This document shows, in pieces, positions 41,313 to 51,624 of a DNA stretch of 64,000 nucleotides. The notes under the pieces are model-generated. The model was not told the origin of the DNA and searched no databases. It saw nothing but the letters and a program-made list of their open reading frames with translations. This DNA comes from an uncultured Chloroflexia bacterium (GTDB lineage Bacteria; Chloroflexota; UBA6077; JACCZL01): NCBI GenBank assembly GCA_963765765.1, contig CAVXYC010000017.1:1-64000 (forward strand), given 5' to 3'. The first letter of the stretch is position 1; each line of letters opens with the position of its first letter. The translations under genes and the position numbers were made by a program.

Positions 41313-42551
41313 ATGAAAACTGAATTCGTGAGCGCCATTACGCAGCTCTGTAATGAAAAAGGTGTCCCGCGTGGAGTGGTCATGGAGGCCATTGAAGCGG
41401 CGCTTGTGTCTGCCTACAAGCGAAACTTCGATAAACCTAACCAGGATTTGTCGGCCAAAATTGATGAGTCGACTGGGGAAGTCCACGTCTTCTTGCATCG
41501 AAAGGTGACGTCCATCACGCCGGAGGAGCCGGTCAGCCAGTTGAGCCGGTAGAGGTTCCTAGAATCCACCGTGGGTTTAGGCGCTCCTATGGAGCCGGGC
41601 GGAACCGTGTACGAGACGATCACGGTTGAGGAAGCGCAGAAAATCGATCCGAATCTTGGCGAGGGCGATTCACTCACTGTGGACGTTACTCCGCAGCAAT
41701 TCGGACGCATCGCTGCCCAGACGGCGAAGCAAGTCGTCATGCAAAAGCTCCGTGAAGCGGAGCGCAAGATGGTCTACGACGAGTTCCAGGAGCGTGAGGG
41801 CGAGATTGTTCACGGGGTCGTCCAGCGACTGGAGCAAGGGAACGTTATCGTCGAGCTGGGACGCGCGGAAGCCGTGATGCCTCGGTCTGAGCAGGTGCCG
41901 TCGGAGCGCTACTACCCGGGCCAGCGGTTGCGAGTCTACGTTTCCGAGGTCAATGAGACCTATCGCGGGCCGCAGATCATCGTGTCACGCGGTCATCGTT
42001 TGATGCTGAGACGTCTGCTTGAGCAGGAGGTTCCCGAGATCTACAGTGGAACCGTCGAAATCAAGGCCATTGCTCGGGAAGGTGGTGCCCGTTCAAAGGT
42101 TGCGGTGGTGGCCCATCAAGCCGGGATTGACCCGGTGGGATCGTGCGTGGGCATGCGCGGTGTGCGCATTCAGAACATAGTCAATGAGCTCAACGGCGAG
42201 AAAATCGACGTCGTCGAGTGGGATGAGGACGTGAAGCGCTACGTTGCTAATGCCCTCAGTCCGGCACAGGTCTCGAGCGTTGAGACAAATGAAGATGAGA
42301 AGACCGCCACAGTGGTGGTTCCTGAGCGTCAGCTTTCGCTGGCCATTGGCAAGGAAGGCCAAAATGCTCGACTGGCGGCTAAGCTGACAGGCTGGAGAAT
42401 CGACATCAAGAGTGATCTCCAGGCTGCTGAGGAAGCTGCAGAGCCGGCGGGCTCTGCGACGGCTCCGACGGAGTCTGCGCCTGAGAGCATAGTCGCGGAG
42501 GGTAAGTCCGCGAACGGAACACTGGCGTCAAGCGAGACGCCAACAAGTTAG
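41313..42551 (+). CDS. nusA: Transcription factor NusA (apparent in-frame TAG at 41550)
   Basis: [45 protein letters not shown]; both ORF pieces lie in the same frame. Confidence 0.93.
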
Positions 42552-42559
42552 GCGACGGC

Positions 42560-42868
42560 GTGGCGCAGCGACATATTCCTGAGCGGACCTGCGCTGCCTG
42601 CCGCGAGCAACGGGCAAAGCGTGAGCTGGTTAGGATCGTACGTACGGCCGATGGCGCGGTCGTCGTTGATCCCACGGGAAAGCAACCTGGTCGCGGCACA
42701 TATCTCTGCCGCGAGCCACGCTGCTGGACTACCGCCTTGCGGCGGAATGCCCTGGCGGGTGCACTAAAGACAGAATTGCGGGCTGAAGATCGCACGGCTC
42801 TGACGAAGTTCGCGGACGAGCTCGTCGCCGAGATGTCAGCTTCCGACATGGGAGGAAAGCAACTATGA
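42560..42868 (+). CDS. ylxR: YlxR/DUF448 RNA-binding protein
   Basis: PERTCAAC, KRELVRIVR, GRGTYLC. Confidence 0.9.
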   Translation: MAQRHIPERTCAACREQRAKRELVRIVRTADGAVVVDPTGKQPGRGTYLCREPRCWTTALRRNALAGALKTELRAEDRTALTKFADELVAEMSASDMGGKQL

Positions 42869-44757
42869 GTCCACGACAAATGCGCAGGCGTCCGAACCGA
42901 CCGCAGGGTAATCGACGAGGGGGCGGCCGGGCGGGTGGTCCAGCGGCAGTTGTTGACGATTCTCCCTCCCCGATTGCGACGCTTGATGGACAGCGCGTAG
43001 TCGAGATCTCACAGGCCGTTACCGTCAAAGATCTGGCTACGTTACTCAACGTTACGCCAGTGACCATCATCAAGGAATTGATGAAAAATGGCGTGCTGGC
43101 CACAGTTAACCAGATTGTGGACGCGGAAACGGCCGGCATTGTCGCCTCGGAGCTCGGTTTCGAAATACGAGAGCCGGAGAAGGCGGAAGTAGAGCCGTCG
43201 AGGCGCGGCATTGAAGTAGAGCAAGTCTCCGAATTTGAGGATGACGATCCCGCGCTCCTCTTACCCCGACCTCCAGTGGTCACAATCATGGGCCACGTGG
43301 ATCATGGGAAGACGAGTTTGCTGGACGCCATCCGTAGTACCAAGGTGGCCGCGGGCGAGTCGGGCGGGATCACACAACACATTGGCGCGTATCAGGTGGA
43401 AGTGAATGGCCAGCCGATCTCGTTTATCGATACGCCGGGTCATGCCGCGTTCACGGCCATGCGTGCTCGCGGGGCCCAGGTAACGGACATCGCCGTTATC
43501 GTGGTTGCCGCGGACGATGGTGTGATGCCGCAGACGAAAGAAGCGATCGATCACGCGCGCGCCGCGAACGTTGCGATCGTCATCGCTCTGAATAAGATGG
43601 ATCGGGACAACATCAACCCTGACCGCGTGAAGCAGCAGCTCGCCGACCAAAATGTGCTCATTGAGGAGTACGGTGGGGACATTCCTTGCATCCCCGTCTC
43701 GGCTCGGACAGGCGAGGGAATTCCCGCGCTGCTCGAGTACATCGCGACCGTCGCGGAGGTGGCTGAGCTCAAGGCAAATCCCAACCGACCTGGCCGGGGC
43801 TATGTGCTTGAATCGAAGCTGGATCGTGCCCGCGGACCCGTTGCCACCGTGTTGGTGAAATCCGGCACCCTGCGCTCAGGGGACATCGTAGTTTCGGGAA
43901 GCTCCTTTGGTCGAATCAAAGCGATGCTTGACGATCTCGGACACACGGTGAAGGAGGCCGGCCCGTCTACGCCAGTCGAGCTTCTCGGGCTCAATAGTGT
44001 TGCTCCCGCGGGAGAACGCTTTGAAGTTGTCCGTGAGGAGAAGATTGCACGACAGCGCGCCGAGGCGCGGACTGAGGCGCAGCGAGACACGGGCCAGACC
44101 GAGGTGACTCTGGAAGACGTGTTCGCCCAGATTCAGGCCGGCCAAGTAAAGGAGCTTAACGTCGTCGTCAAGGCCGACGTGCAAGGTTCCGTTGAGCCAA
44201 TTGCCTCATCGCTGGACAAGCAGACTCAAGAAGGTGCGCGCATCCGGGTCATCCATGCGGCTGTCGGGAACATTACTGAATCCGACGTGATGCTAGCGGC
44301 AGCCTCACATGCTGTCGTGGTGGGCTTCCGTGTCAAGTTGGAACCGGGCGCCAAGCGGACAGCCGACTCACAGCGCGTTGATCTTCGCTTTTATGATGTG
44401 ATCTATGAGCTGGTGGACGACCTCGAGAAGGCTGTGAAGGGCCTCCTCGGACCGACCATCTCCGAGGTTGTAGAAGGTCATGCCGAGGTACGGCAAATCT
44501 TCCGAATCGGCCGAAATGCTGTCGCCGGCTGCTACGTCCTGGACGGCTCTATCCATCGCAACAGTCGGGTCCGAATCCTGCGTCGTGGCGATCTGCTCTA
44601 CGAAGGGCGCATCAATACGCTTCGGCGATTCAAGGACGATGTGCGCGACGTGGCCACCGGTTACGAGTGCGGCATCGGAATTGAAGGGTTCACCGGTTTC
44701 GAGGAGGGTGACGTGCTCGAGGCCTTCGGAGAAGTCGAGACCCCGGCCGGAGCGTAG
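42865..44757 (+). CDS. infB: Translation initiation factor IF-2
   Basis: [25 protein letters not shown]. Confidence 0.97.
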   Translation: MSPRQMRRRPNRPQGNRRGGGRAGGPAAVVDDSPSPIATLDGQRVVEISQAVTVKDLATLLNVTPVTIIKELMKNGVLATVNQIVDAETAGIVASELGFEIREPEKAEVEPSRRGIEVEQVSEFEDDDPALLLPRPPVVTIMGHVDHGKTSLLDAIRSTKVAAGESGGITQHIGAYQVEVNGQPISFIDTPGHAAFTAMRARGAQVTDIAVIVVAADDGVMPQTKEAIDHARAANVAIVIALNKMDRDNINPDRVKQQLADQNVLIEEYGGDIPCIPVSARTGEGIPALLEYIATVAEVAELKANPNRPGRGYVLESKLDRARGPVATVLVKSGTLRSGDIVVSGSSFGRIKAMLDDLGHTVKEAGPSTPVELLGLNSVAPAGERFEVVREEKIARQRAEARTEAQRDTGQTEVTLEDVFAQIQAGQVKELNVVVKADVQGSVEPIASSLDKQTQEGARIRVIHAAVGNITESDVMLAAASHAVVVGFRVKLEPGAKRTADSQRVDLRFYDVIYELVDDLEKAVKGLLGPTISEVVEGHAEVRQIFRIGRNAVAGCYVLDGSIHRNSRVRILRRGDLLYEGRINTLRRFKDDVRDVATGYECGIGIEGFTGFEEGDVLEAFGEVETPAGA

Positions 44758-44774
44758 GCCGTGAGGAGGCGAAC

Positions 44775-45158
44775 GTGCCGAATCGGCGATTGCTCCGAAT
44801 CAATGAGCTGATTCGGGCCGAGCTTGCGGATTTATTGCGGCGTGAGACGGAAGATCCGCAGCTTCACAACCTGATCAGCTTTACGGAGGTAAGGACGGCT
44901 CCTGACTTTACCGCCGCAAAGGTCTACGTCAGTATCTACGGAACTGACGAGGAGATGGCGGCGACGATGGCGCGCCTCCGCAAGGCGGCGCGCTTCTTCC
45001 GCCGCGAGCTCGCCGCTCGACTGAACCTGCGACATACTCCGTTAATAAATTTCGAGCTTGACCCATCGATCCAGCAGGGTCAACGCGTGATGGAGCTGCT
45101 CGGAACAATTGAGGCATCCGCCTCCGTGGACGGAGCTCGCTCGGAGGGCTCGAGCTGA
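44775..45158 (+). CDS. rbfA: Ribosome-binding factor A
   Basis: Position after infB; RHTPLINFELDPS. Confidence 0.9.
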   Translation: MPNRRLLRINELIRAELADLLRRETEDPQLHNLISFTEVRTAPDFTAAKVYVSIYGTDEEMAATMARLRKAARFFRRELAARLNLRHTPLINFELDPSIQQGQRVMELLGTIEASASVDGARSEGSS

Positions 45159-46075
45159 ACGCCCCGCCCCCCGTCACGCACGGGGTTCTCAATATGTGCA
45201 AGCCGCGGGGGGCGTCATCGCATCAAATGGTGTCGGTCGCGCGACGATTGTTTCACCAGAAGCGTGTTGGGCACGCTGGCACATTGGATCCTCTCGCCGA
45301 GGGAGTGTTACCGGTCCTTCTCGGTCGAGCCACGCGGCTCGCAGACTATGTGTCTGGTGGGGACAAGGTCTACTACGCGGAAGTGATTCTGGGCACCGTC
45401 ACATCGACTGACGATCTCGAAGGCGAAACGGTCTCCGTTTCGGCAGCTCCTGAGCTCAGAGACACCGAGATCCGGCAGGTGCTGGACACTTTTATTGGAG
45501 AAGTCGAACAGATCCCACCGGTGTATTCGGCGATCAAGTTAGGCGGACAGACGTCTTATCGTCGTGTCCGCCGCGGCGAGCACGTGGAGCTTGTCGCTCG
45601 AAGAATCCGCATCGAGGAGTTACGTTTCATTCGTCGTACAGCCGACCGCCTGTCCCTTGTTATACGTTGCGGGAAAGGCACGTATATTCGCGCTCTCGCT
45701 CGAGACATTGGCCAAAAGCTAGGGTGCGGTGCAACGTTGGGTCGGTTGATACGCCTGCGTGTTGGAGACTTCGATCTCCGTGACGCGGTGACTCCGTCCG
45801 AGCTAGATATCGCATCTGATGCCGATGCGCTCCGCCGATTCGTCCTGCCGCCAGATCATGCCTGCTTGCAGCTCAGGGCTCTCAGACTGGATCAAGTAAA
45901 CACGGCGCGCGCGTTCAAAGGCCAGGCATGGCCGGCTGAGCCGGGAGAGAATGACACCGTTCGGACCTACACGGACCGAGGCACGTTCCTCGGATTGGCC
46001 CGTCGGGAGCCTGATCACGATGACAATGTAGATCGCACCTGGTGGCGATTGCGCGTAATGGTGGGAGACGCATGA
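45155..46075 (+). CDS. truB: tRNA pseudouridine-55 synthase
   Basis: VGHAGTLDPLAEGVL, PPVYSAIK, CGKGTYIR; the conserved HGVLN lies upstream of ATG 45194, so the start is probably CTG 45155. Confidence 0.9.
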   Translation: MNAPPPVTHGVLNMCKPRGASSHQMVSVARRLFHQKRVGHAGTLDPLAEGVLPVLLGRATRLADYVSGGDKVYYAEVILGTVTSTDDLEGETVSVSAAPELRDTEIRQVLDTFIGEVEQIPPVYSAIKLGGQTSYRRVRRGEHVELVARRIRIEELRFIRRTADRLSLVIRCGKGTYIRALARDIGQKLGCGATLGRLIRLRVGDFDLRDAVTPSELDIASDADALRRFVLPPDHACLQLRALRLDQVNTARAFKGQAWPAEPGENDTVRTYTDRGTFLGLARREPDHDDNVDRTWWRLRVMVGDA

Positions 46076-46992
46076 CCACGGCCCACAGTCGGCCGAAGGC
46101 CGTGGCCACGATCGGAGCTTTTGATGGCGTCCACCTTGGTCATCGAGCGCTGCTAAACCATGTAGTGGATCGAGCCCGCGAGCTCAATGCGACGAGCTGG
46201 TGTGTCACGTTCGATCCACATCCCGACGTGGTGATGCGACCCCAGAGACGACATACCTATCTCGCTGCACTGGACCAGAGAGTCGCGCTCATACACGAGC
46301 AGGGCGTTGAGACTGTAAAGGTCTTTGAGTTCACGCGGAAGCTCTCATCGGTTACGCCCGAAGAGTTTGTAGCCATGATGCAGGATGATTGCATGCTGGT
46401 GGAGCTCTGGGTAGGGCCAGATTTCGCCATGGGCCGTGGACGGTCGGGGACGCCCGAGAAGATGGCCGAAATTGGCAAGCGTGAGGGCTTTTCCGTTGCT
46501 GTGATGCAGCCCCACTCCCGTGGCGATGAGATTGTGAGCTCAACGCGGATTCGACAGCTCCTCGCGGAAGGCGAGCTCGAGGAAGCTGCAACGCTTCTTG
46601 GGCGTGCGTACACACTGCGTGGCACCGTTGAGTCCGGAGCTGGTCGAGGTACGCCGCTAGGATTTCCTACAGCGAATGTTCGACCGCCAGCCGATATGAC
46701 GATGCCCGCCGATGGCGTCTATGTCGTCAGGGTCAAAGTCGGTGAAACGCTACGGCCCGGGGTAGCCAACTTCGGCGGACGACCAACGTTTCACGAACAC
46801 GAACGACTGATCGAGGCTCACCTGTTCGATTTTTCCGATAACCTGCGCGGTCTTACGGTGGACGTGGAATTTCTGCATCGCATCCGTCCGGTGCAGGCGT
46901 TTGGCTCAGTCGACGCGCTGATTGAACAGATCCATAAGGACGCTGCTTCCGCGCGAGGTTGGTTCGCCGACCACGAAGGAAAATGTAGCTAG
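46072..46992 (+). CDS. ribF: Riboflavin kinase / FAD synthetase
   Basis: GAFDGVHLGH, VSSTRIR, LGFPTAN, IEAHLFDF. Confidence 0.94.
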   Translation: MTTAHSRPKAVATIGAFDGVHLGHRALLNHVVDRARELNATSWCVTFDPHPDVVMRPQRRHTYLAALDQRVALIHEQGVETVKVFEFTRKLSSVTPEEFVAMMQDDCMLVELWVGPDFAMGRGRSGTPEKMAEIGKREGFSVAVMQPHSRGDEIVSSTRIRQLLAEGELEEAATLLGRAYTLRGTVESGAGRGTPLGFPTANVRPPADMTMPADGVYVVRVKVGETLRPGVANFGGRPTFHEHERLIEAHLFDFSDNLRGLTVDVEFLHRIRPVQAFGSVDALIEQIHKDAASARGWFADHEGKCS

Positions 46993-46999
46993 ACGAACT

Positions 47000-47048
47000 C
47001 CAACGAGCTGCCCGTGGGGCGGATTCCGCTCTACGGGCAGCTCGTTGG
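47000..47048. terminator. Long hairpin between convergent ribF and the EF-G paralogue
   Basis: CCAACGAGCTGCCCGT...ACGGGCAGCTCGTTGG inverted repeat. Confidence 0.65.
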
Positions 47049-47076
47049 CCGAACTAAAGCCGATTAGCTCACTCGA

Positions 47077-49133
47077 TCAGTGTGCGGCGGCCTTTGCCTC
47101 CACGTCCTTTTTGTGCTTCTCGATGATCTGCTGCTGGAGGTTTGCAGGTACCTCTTGATAGTGCGAGAAGCGCGTGGTGTAGGTGCCGCGGCCTTGAGTC
47201 ATGGACCTGAGATCCGTGGCATAACGTAGGATTTCCGCGTACGGCACGGAGGCTGTTACGGCGGTCAAGCCTCCGGCGGGCTGCATGCCGTGCACGTGCG
47301 CTCGGCGGCTGTTCAGGTCACCCATGATGTCACCCGTGTACTCCTCGGGAACGGTCACTTCCACTTCCATGACCGGCTCCAGGAGCGACGGATGGGCCTC
47401 CGCGGCGGCTTCCTTGAAGCCAATTGACCCGGCCATCTTGAAGGCAGCTTCAGACGAGTCAACCGGATGATACTTCCCGTCAACGAGGCTCACTCGAACG
47501 TCCACCACGGGAAACCCAGCGACAATTCCGTGATCCAGTGCCTCACGCACACCCTTTTCAACGGCCGGAATGAACTGACGCGGCACGACTCCGCCGACGA
47601 TCTTGTCCACAAACTCGAACTGTCCACCGCGGTCCGTGGGCTCGACTTGCAGGACGGCGACACCGTATTGACCGTGGCCGCCGGTCTGCCGAACAAATCG
47701 ACCGGTGGCTTTGCCTACAGCGGTGATGGTCTCACGGTAGGGAACCGACGGTGTGTGAATGCTTACGTGGGCCGCGAACTTGCGCGCCATACGTTCTACG
47801 GCGATTTCGACGTGCGATTCCCCGAGGGCCGGACATAATCGTCTCGCCGGTGGAGTCGTCTCGGTGCACGTGGAGGGTTGGGTCCTCCTCCATGATCCGC
47901 TGGAGCGCCGAGCTTAGCTTGTCAACGTCAGCCTTCGTCTTTGGCTCGATCGCCGAGGAGAACGATGGCTCGGGGAAGACGATTGGGGCTAGTTTGACCT
48001 GGTGATCCTTCGTAGCAAGCGTATCGCCCGTTGACGTTTCAGCCAGCTTGGGAATGACCGCGATATCGCCAACCGTGGCCTTCTGGATTGGCTCCTGGTG
48101 CTTGCCGCGCATATGGAAGAGCTGGCCGATGCGCTCATCGTGGCTCTTATTCACATTCCAGATGTGCGAGTCAGCGGAGAGCTCTCCGCTGTACACGCGA
48201 ACATAGCTGAGGCGTCCAATGAACGGATCAGAAATAGACTTGATTACGAGGCCTGCGAAAGGCAGCTCTTCGGGCCGCTTGACTTCGCCGTCTGCCAGGC
48301 GCACGCGCGCCTCGGTAGCGTTGGGAAGCAGTTCAACGATCGCGTCAAGAAGGCACTCCACACCGCGCGGAGGGATAGCCGTCCCGCACAGCACCGGCAC
48401 GATCTTGCCGGCGGCACACCGCGGATGCGAGTCCGTTACTCAGCTCCTCAGAGCTGATCTCCTCGCCCTCCAAGTATTTCACGAGTAGCTCGTCATCCTG
48501 CTCGGAGACGGCCTCAACAAGCATTTCACGATATCGATCGAGATCAGCTGATATCTCGGCGGGGGGCTCACCGGCCTCGCCTCCATCGAGATACGCTCGA
48601 CGGTGCAGAACTTCCGCGACGCCCTTCAGATCGTGCTCCTTGCCTATTGGCATCATCAGAGGTACAACGGCCTTGCCGTACCGATCACGAAGCGCGCTCA
48701 TCACAACGTCGAAATCGGCATTCTCGCGTTCGAGCTTGTTGACAAATATCAGGCGCGGTAGCTCCAGTTGATCCGCTTGCCGCCACACGGCCTCCGTACC
48801 CACTTGGATGCCTGCGACTCCATCGATCACGACAATCACGCTGTCCGCGGCCCTTGTCGCCTCGACGACCTCGCCGAAAAAGTCGGCGTAGCCTGGCGCG
48901 TCTATCAAGTTGATCTGGGCATCACGCCAGGTCAGGGGCGCAAGAGCCAGACTCACCGACATGTGCCGTTTGAGTTCATCGGGGTCGAAGTCGGTCGTGC
49001 TCGAACCGTCTTCAACCTTGCCAAGACGATTCACCGCGCCGCTCTTAAAGAGCATGGCCTCCGCCAGCGACGTCTTGCCGGCTCCGCCATGGGAAACCAG
49101 CGCCACATTGAACAATCGGGAAGGATCGGACAT
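47077..49133 (-). CDS. Elongation factor G paralogue (EF-G2 type); frameshifts at ~48420 and ~47822
   Basis: HGGAGKTS, DAPGYADF, NKLE, EEDPTL, VPYRETI, QTGGHGQYG, LRSMTQGRG spread over three frames; lies outside an rpsL-rpsG operon; KRHMSV replaces RGITI. Confidence 0.9.
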
Positions 49134-49368
49134 GTGTCTCCATCACTCCTTCGTGAAGGGATGAATGCTCGTCCGCCAGTGTACCACCGCTAAACGAAGA
49201 GCGCTCGCATTGGCGAATCAGCACAACGATTCGGCGGTCTCGCGCACAACTCATTGTTGTAAGACGGGGTCGGAAGGCGGAGTTGCCGTCGAATATCTCG
49301 ACGCGCACATGTTAAGATTCTTGTTACGACGCTACCGGTAACGCGCGAGTGGCACTCAAAGGAAGCTC

Positions 49369-50136
49369 ATGTCCGGTCATTCCAAGTGGTCCCAGATTAA
49401 GCGTCAGAAAGGCGCAGCTGACGCCAAGCGGGGCCAGTTGTTCACCAAGCTTGGGCGCGAGATCGTCGTCTCCGCGCGAGCCGGAGGGCCCGATCCTGAT
49501 GGCAATGCGCGATTGCGCATGGCAGTTGCGCGAGCACGCGAGGCCAATATGCCGATGGACACCATAGATCGGGCAATCAAACGCGGTGCAGGCGCCGCGG
49601 ACGGTCCGGCCCTGGAAGAAATCGTGTACGAGGGGTACGGGCCCGGTGGTGTTGCGCTGCTCGTAGAAGCGATGACAGACAATCGCAATCGCACCGTTGC
49701 CGAGGTGCGTAACGTGCTCAATCGTGGTGGCGGGACTCTTGGTGAGTCGGGCTGCGTTTCATGGTTGTTCGACAATCGCGGCGTGATTGTGGTGCATGGG
49801 GATGCGGAGACACTCGAAACGATTGCTCTCGAATCAATCGACGCGGGCGCCGAGGACTTTGCGATCTCAGGCGATACGCTGGAGATTTACTCAAATCCGT
49901 CTGGACTCGAGGATGTTCGGTCGTCACTCGAGCAACGGAAAATAGAGATAGATTCCGCTGATCTGGCCATGATTCCGAAGTCCACCATTGCTCTTGAAGC
50001 TAAGGAAGCAATGTCAATGCTTCGACTGATGGAGCGATTGGAAGACCTGGATGACGTGCAACGCGTCTATAGCAATATCGAGATGTCTGATTCGCTCCTG
50101 AGCGAATTCGAAGCAAGCGCATCGTCCGCTCACTAG
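49369..50136 (+). CDS. yebC: YebC/PmpR family protein
   Basis: MSGHSKW..IK..K, YEGYGPGG, TDNRNRT, DLDDVQ.VYSN. Confidence 0.95.
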   Translation: MSGHSKWSQIKRQKGAADAKRGQLFTKLGREIVVSARAGGPDPDGNARLRMAVARAREANMPMDTIDRAIKRGAGAADGPALEEIVYEGYGPGGVALLVEAMTDNRNRTVAEVRNVLNRGGGTLGESGCVSWLFDNRGVIVVHGDAETLETIALESIDAGAEDFAISGDTLEIYSNPSGLEDVRSSLEQRKIEIDSADLAMIPKSTIALEAKEAMSMLRLMERLEDLDDVQRVYSNIEMSDSLLSEFEASASSAH

Positions 50137-50188
50137 GCCGTCCTTTACGGGCGAGCTGGACGGAAATCTAGGAACGAAGGTATAGCGA

Positions 50189-50680
50189 ATGCTGGAATCG
50201 GCTGATGTCCAGGACGGGCAGGAGTCGCCAAAGTACTTTATAGACACGACCTGGTTTGATGAGAACGGTCTCTCATTTCAGGATATCGGCCAGGATCGTA
50301 TGTGCGATCCCTGCCGCGCACAGATAGGAACTGAGACAGAGGATCGTGTTACGAGCATCGATCCCAAAACGAAGCGGGTCTCCTTCGAGTTCACCAAGGT
50401 CCCATTTGGACACGATCCGCTCAAGACGATTAGCGAGGATTGCGCCAAGAAGCGCGACTTCATCACACCCGAGATGCCTACGCTCGAAGCCGTCTTCCGA
50501 ATTTTTCTGGCCAACGGCAATCAGCCGATGCCGCTGGAGCACGTTCGTGAACAGCTTGCGGAGTGGTGTCCTGGCGGCGGCTGCCAGTGGCTACTCGTAC
50601 CGATCGATCAGCTCGAGCGCGTGATCATGAATGACACGTACTATGGACTTCGTCAGTTCACAGAAGGACTCGCGGAATAG
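50189..50680 (+). CDS. Hypothetical Cys-containing protein
   Basis: Clean 163-aa ORF followed by a terminator; CDPC, further Cys residues and EAVFRIFLANGNQPM. Confidence 0.7.
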   Translation: MLESADVQDGQESPKYFIDTTWFDENGLSFQDIGQDRMCDPCRAQIGTETEDRVTSIDPKTKRVSFEFTKVPFGHDPLKTISEDCAKKRDFITPEMPTLEAVFRIFLANGNQPMPLEHVREQLAEWCPGGGCQWLLVPIDQLERVIMNDTYYGLRQFTEGLAE

Positions 50681-50719
50681 CGGGGCAGTGCCTCGAGAGT
50701 AGATCCGCCATACTGAGTT

Positions 50720-50755
50720 GACCGTAGAGCCGATCGCTGCTCTACGGTCTTTTTC
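50720..50755 (+). terminator. Intrinsic terminator
   Basis: GACCGTAGAGC-loop-GCTCTACGGTC followed by TTTTT. Confidence 0.8.
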
Positions 50756-50757
50756 GT

Positions 50758-51624
50758 TTAACAGACTTTACTGCGAATGTACTCTCGAAATTCGGCACCC
50801 AGGCCCTCGCGCGCGAGGGCTACGTCGATTGTTGCTTGAAGAATCTGGAGCTGATTCCCGGCATCATAGCGGCGCCCGCTGAATGTGCTGGCGTAGAGAC
50901 GCCCGCGCTCGGCCAGCACATTCAGAGCATCGGCAAGCCAGATCTCGCCACCCTGGCCCGCCTGAGTCTGCTCAAGAATCTCAAAGCTCTCGGGCGTCAA
51001 AACGTAGCCCTTCACCGTGGCAAGCCGTGACGGTGCCTGATCTCGGGCCGGCTTTTCGATAAGCCGACTCACCTTGTACGCGCGTTCGTCCACGGCCTCA
51101 CCCGCTATAACGCCGTATTTGCTCACGTCGGCCTCAGCGACTTCCATGACCGCGCAGACCGAGGCGCCGTAACGCTCGTAGACGTCGATGAGCTCACGAG
51201 TGCAGGGCGGATCACCGAGGACGATGTCGTCGCCCCAGAGTACGGCGAATGGCTGATTGCCAACGACCTCACGAGCGCAAAGCACCGCGTGCCCATTGCC
51301 TAGCGGCTCCGCCTGGCGGACGTAGGTGAACGATGCCATGTTGGCGATGCCGCGCAAGCCATCCGCCTCGCGAGTTTTCCCCGCGGCTCTAAGACGCTGA
51401 TCCATCTCATAGAAGTAGTCGAAGTGATCCTCGATGGCACGTTTGGCGGCGCTTGTGACAATGACGATGTGCTCGATCCCAGAAGCAACAGCCTCCTCCA
51501 CCACGTACTGGATCACTGGTTTGTCAACGATCGGGATCATTTCTTTGGGCACTGCTTTCGTTGCGGGGAGCATGCGCGTGCCCAAGCCGGCTGCCGGAAT
51601 AACGGCACATCGAACCGCGGTCAT
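50758..51624 (-). CDS. galU: UTP--glucose-1-phosphate uridylyltransferase
   Basis: AAGLGTRMLPATKAVPKEM, RQAEPLGNGHA, GGEIWLADA. Confidence 0.93.
   Translation of the reverse strand: MTAVRCAVIPAAGLGTRMLPATKAVPKEMIPIVDKPVIQYVVEEAVASGIEHIVIVTSAAKRAIEDHFDYFYEMDQRLRAAGKTREADGLRGIANMASFTYVRQAEPLGNGHAVLCAREVVGNQPFAVLWGDDIVLGDPPCTRELIDVYERYGASVCAVMEVAEADVSKYGVIAGEAVDERAYKVSRLIEKPARDQAPSRLATVKGYVLTPESFEILEQTQAGQGGEIWLADALNVLAERGRLYASTFSGRRYDAGNQLQILQATIDVALAREGLGAEFREYIRSKVC

Noticed and set aside
41550-41552. In-frame TAG in nusA as pyrrolysine or stop-codon readthrough
   Set aside because: Two compensating 1-bp indels in an EPV-repeat stretch explain it; TAG terminates many other genes here, and no pyl genes are in the window.
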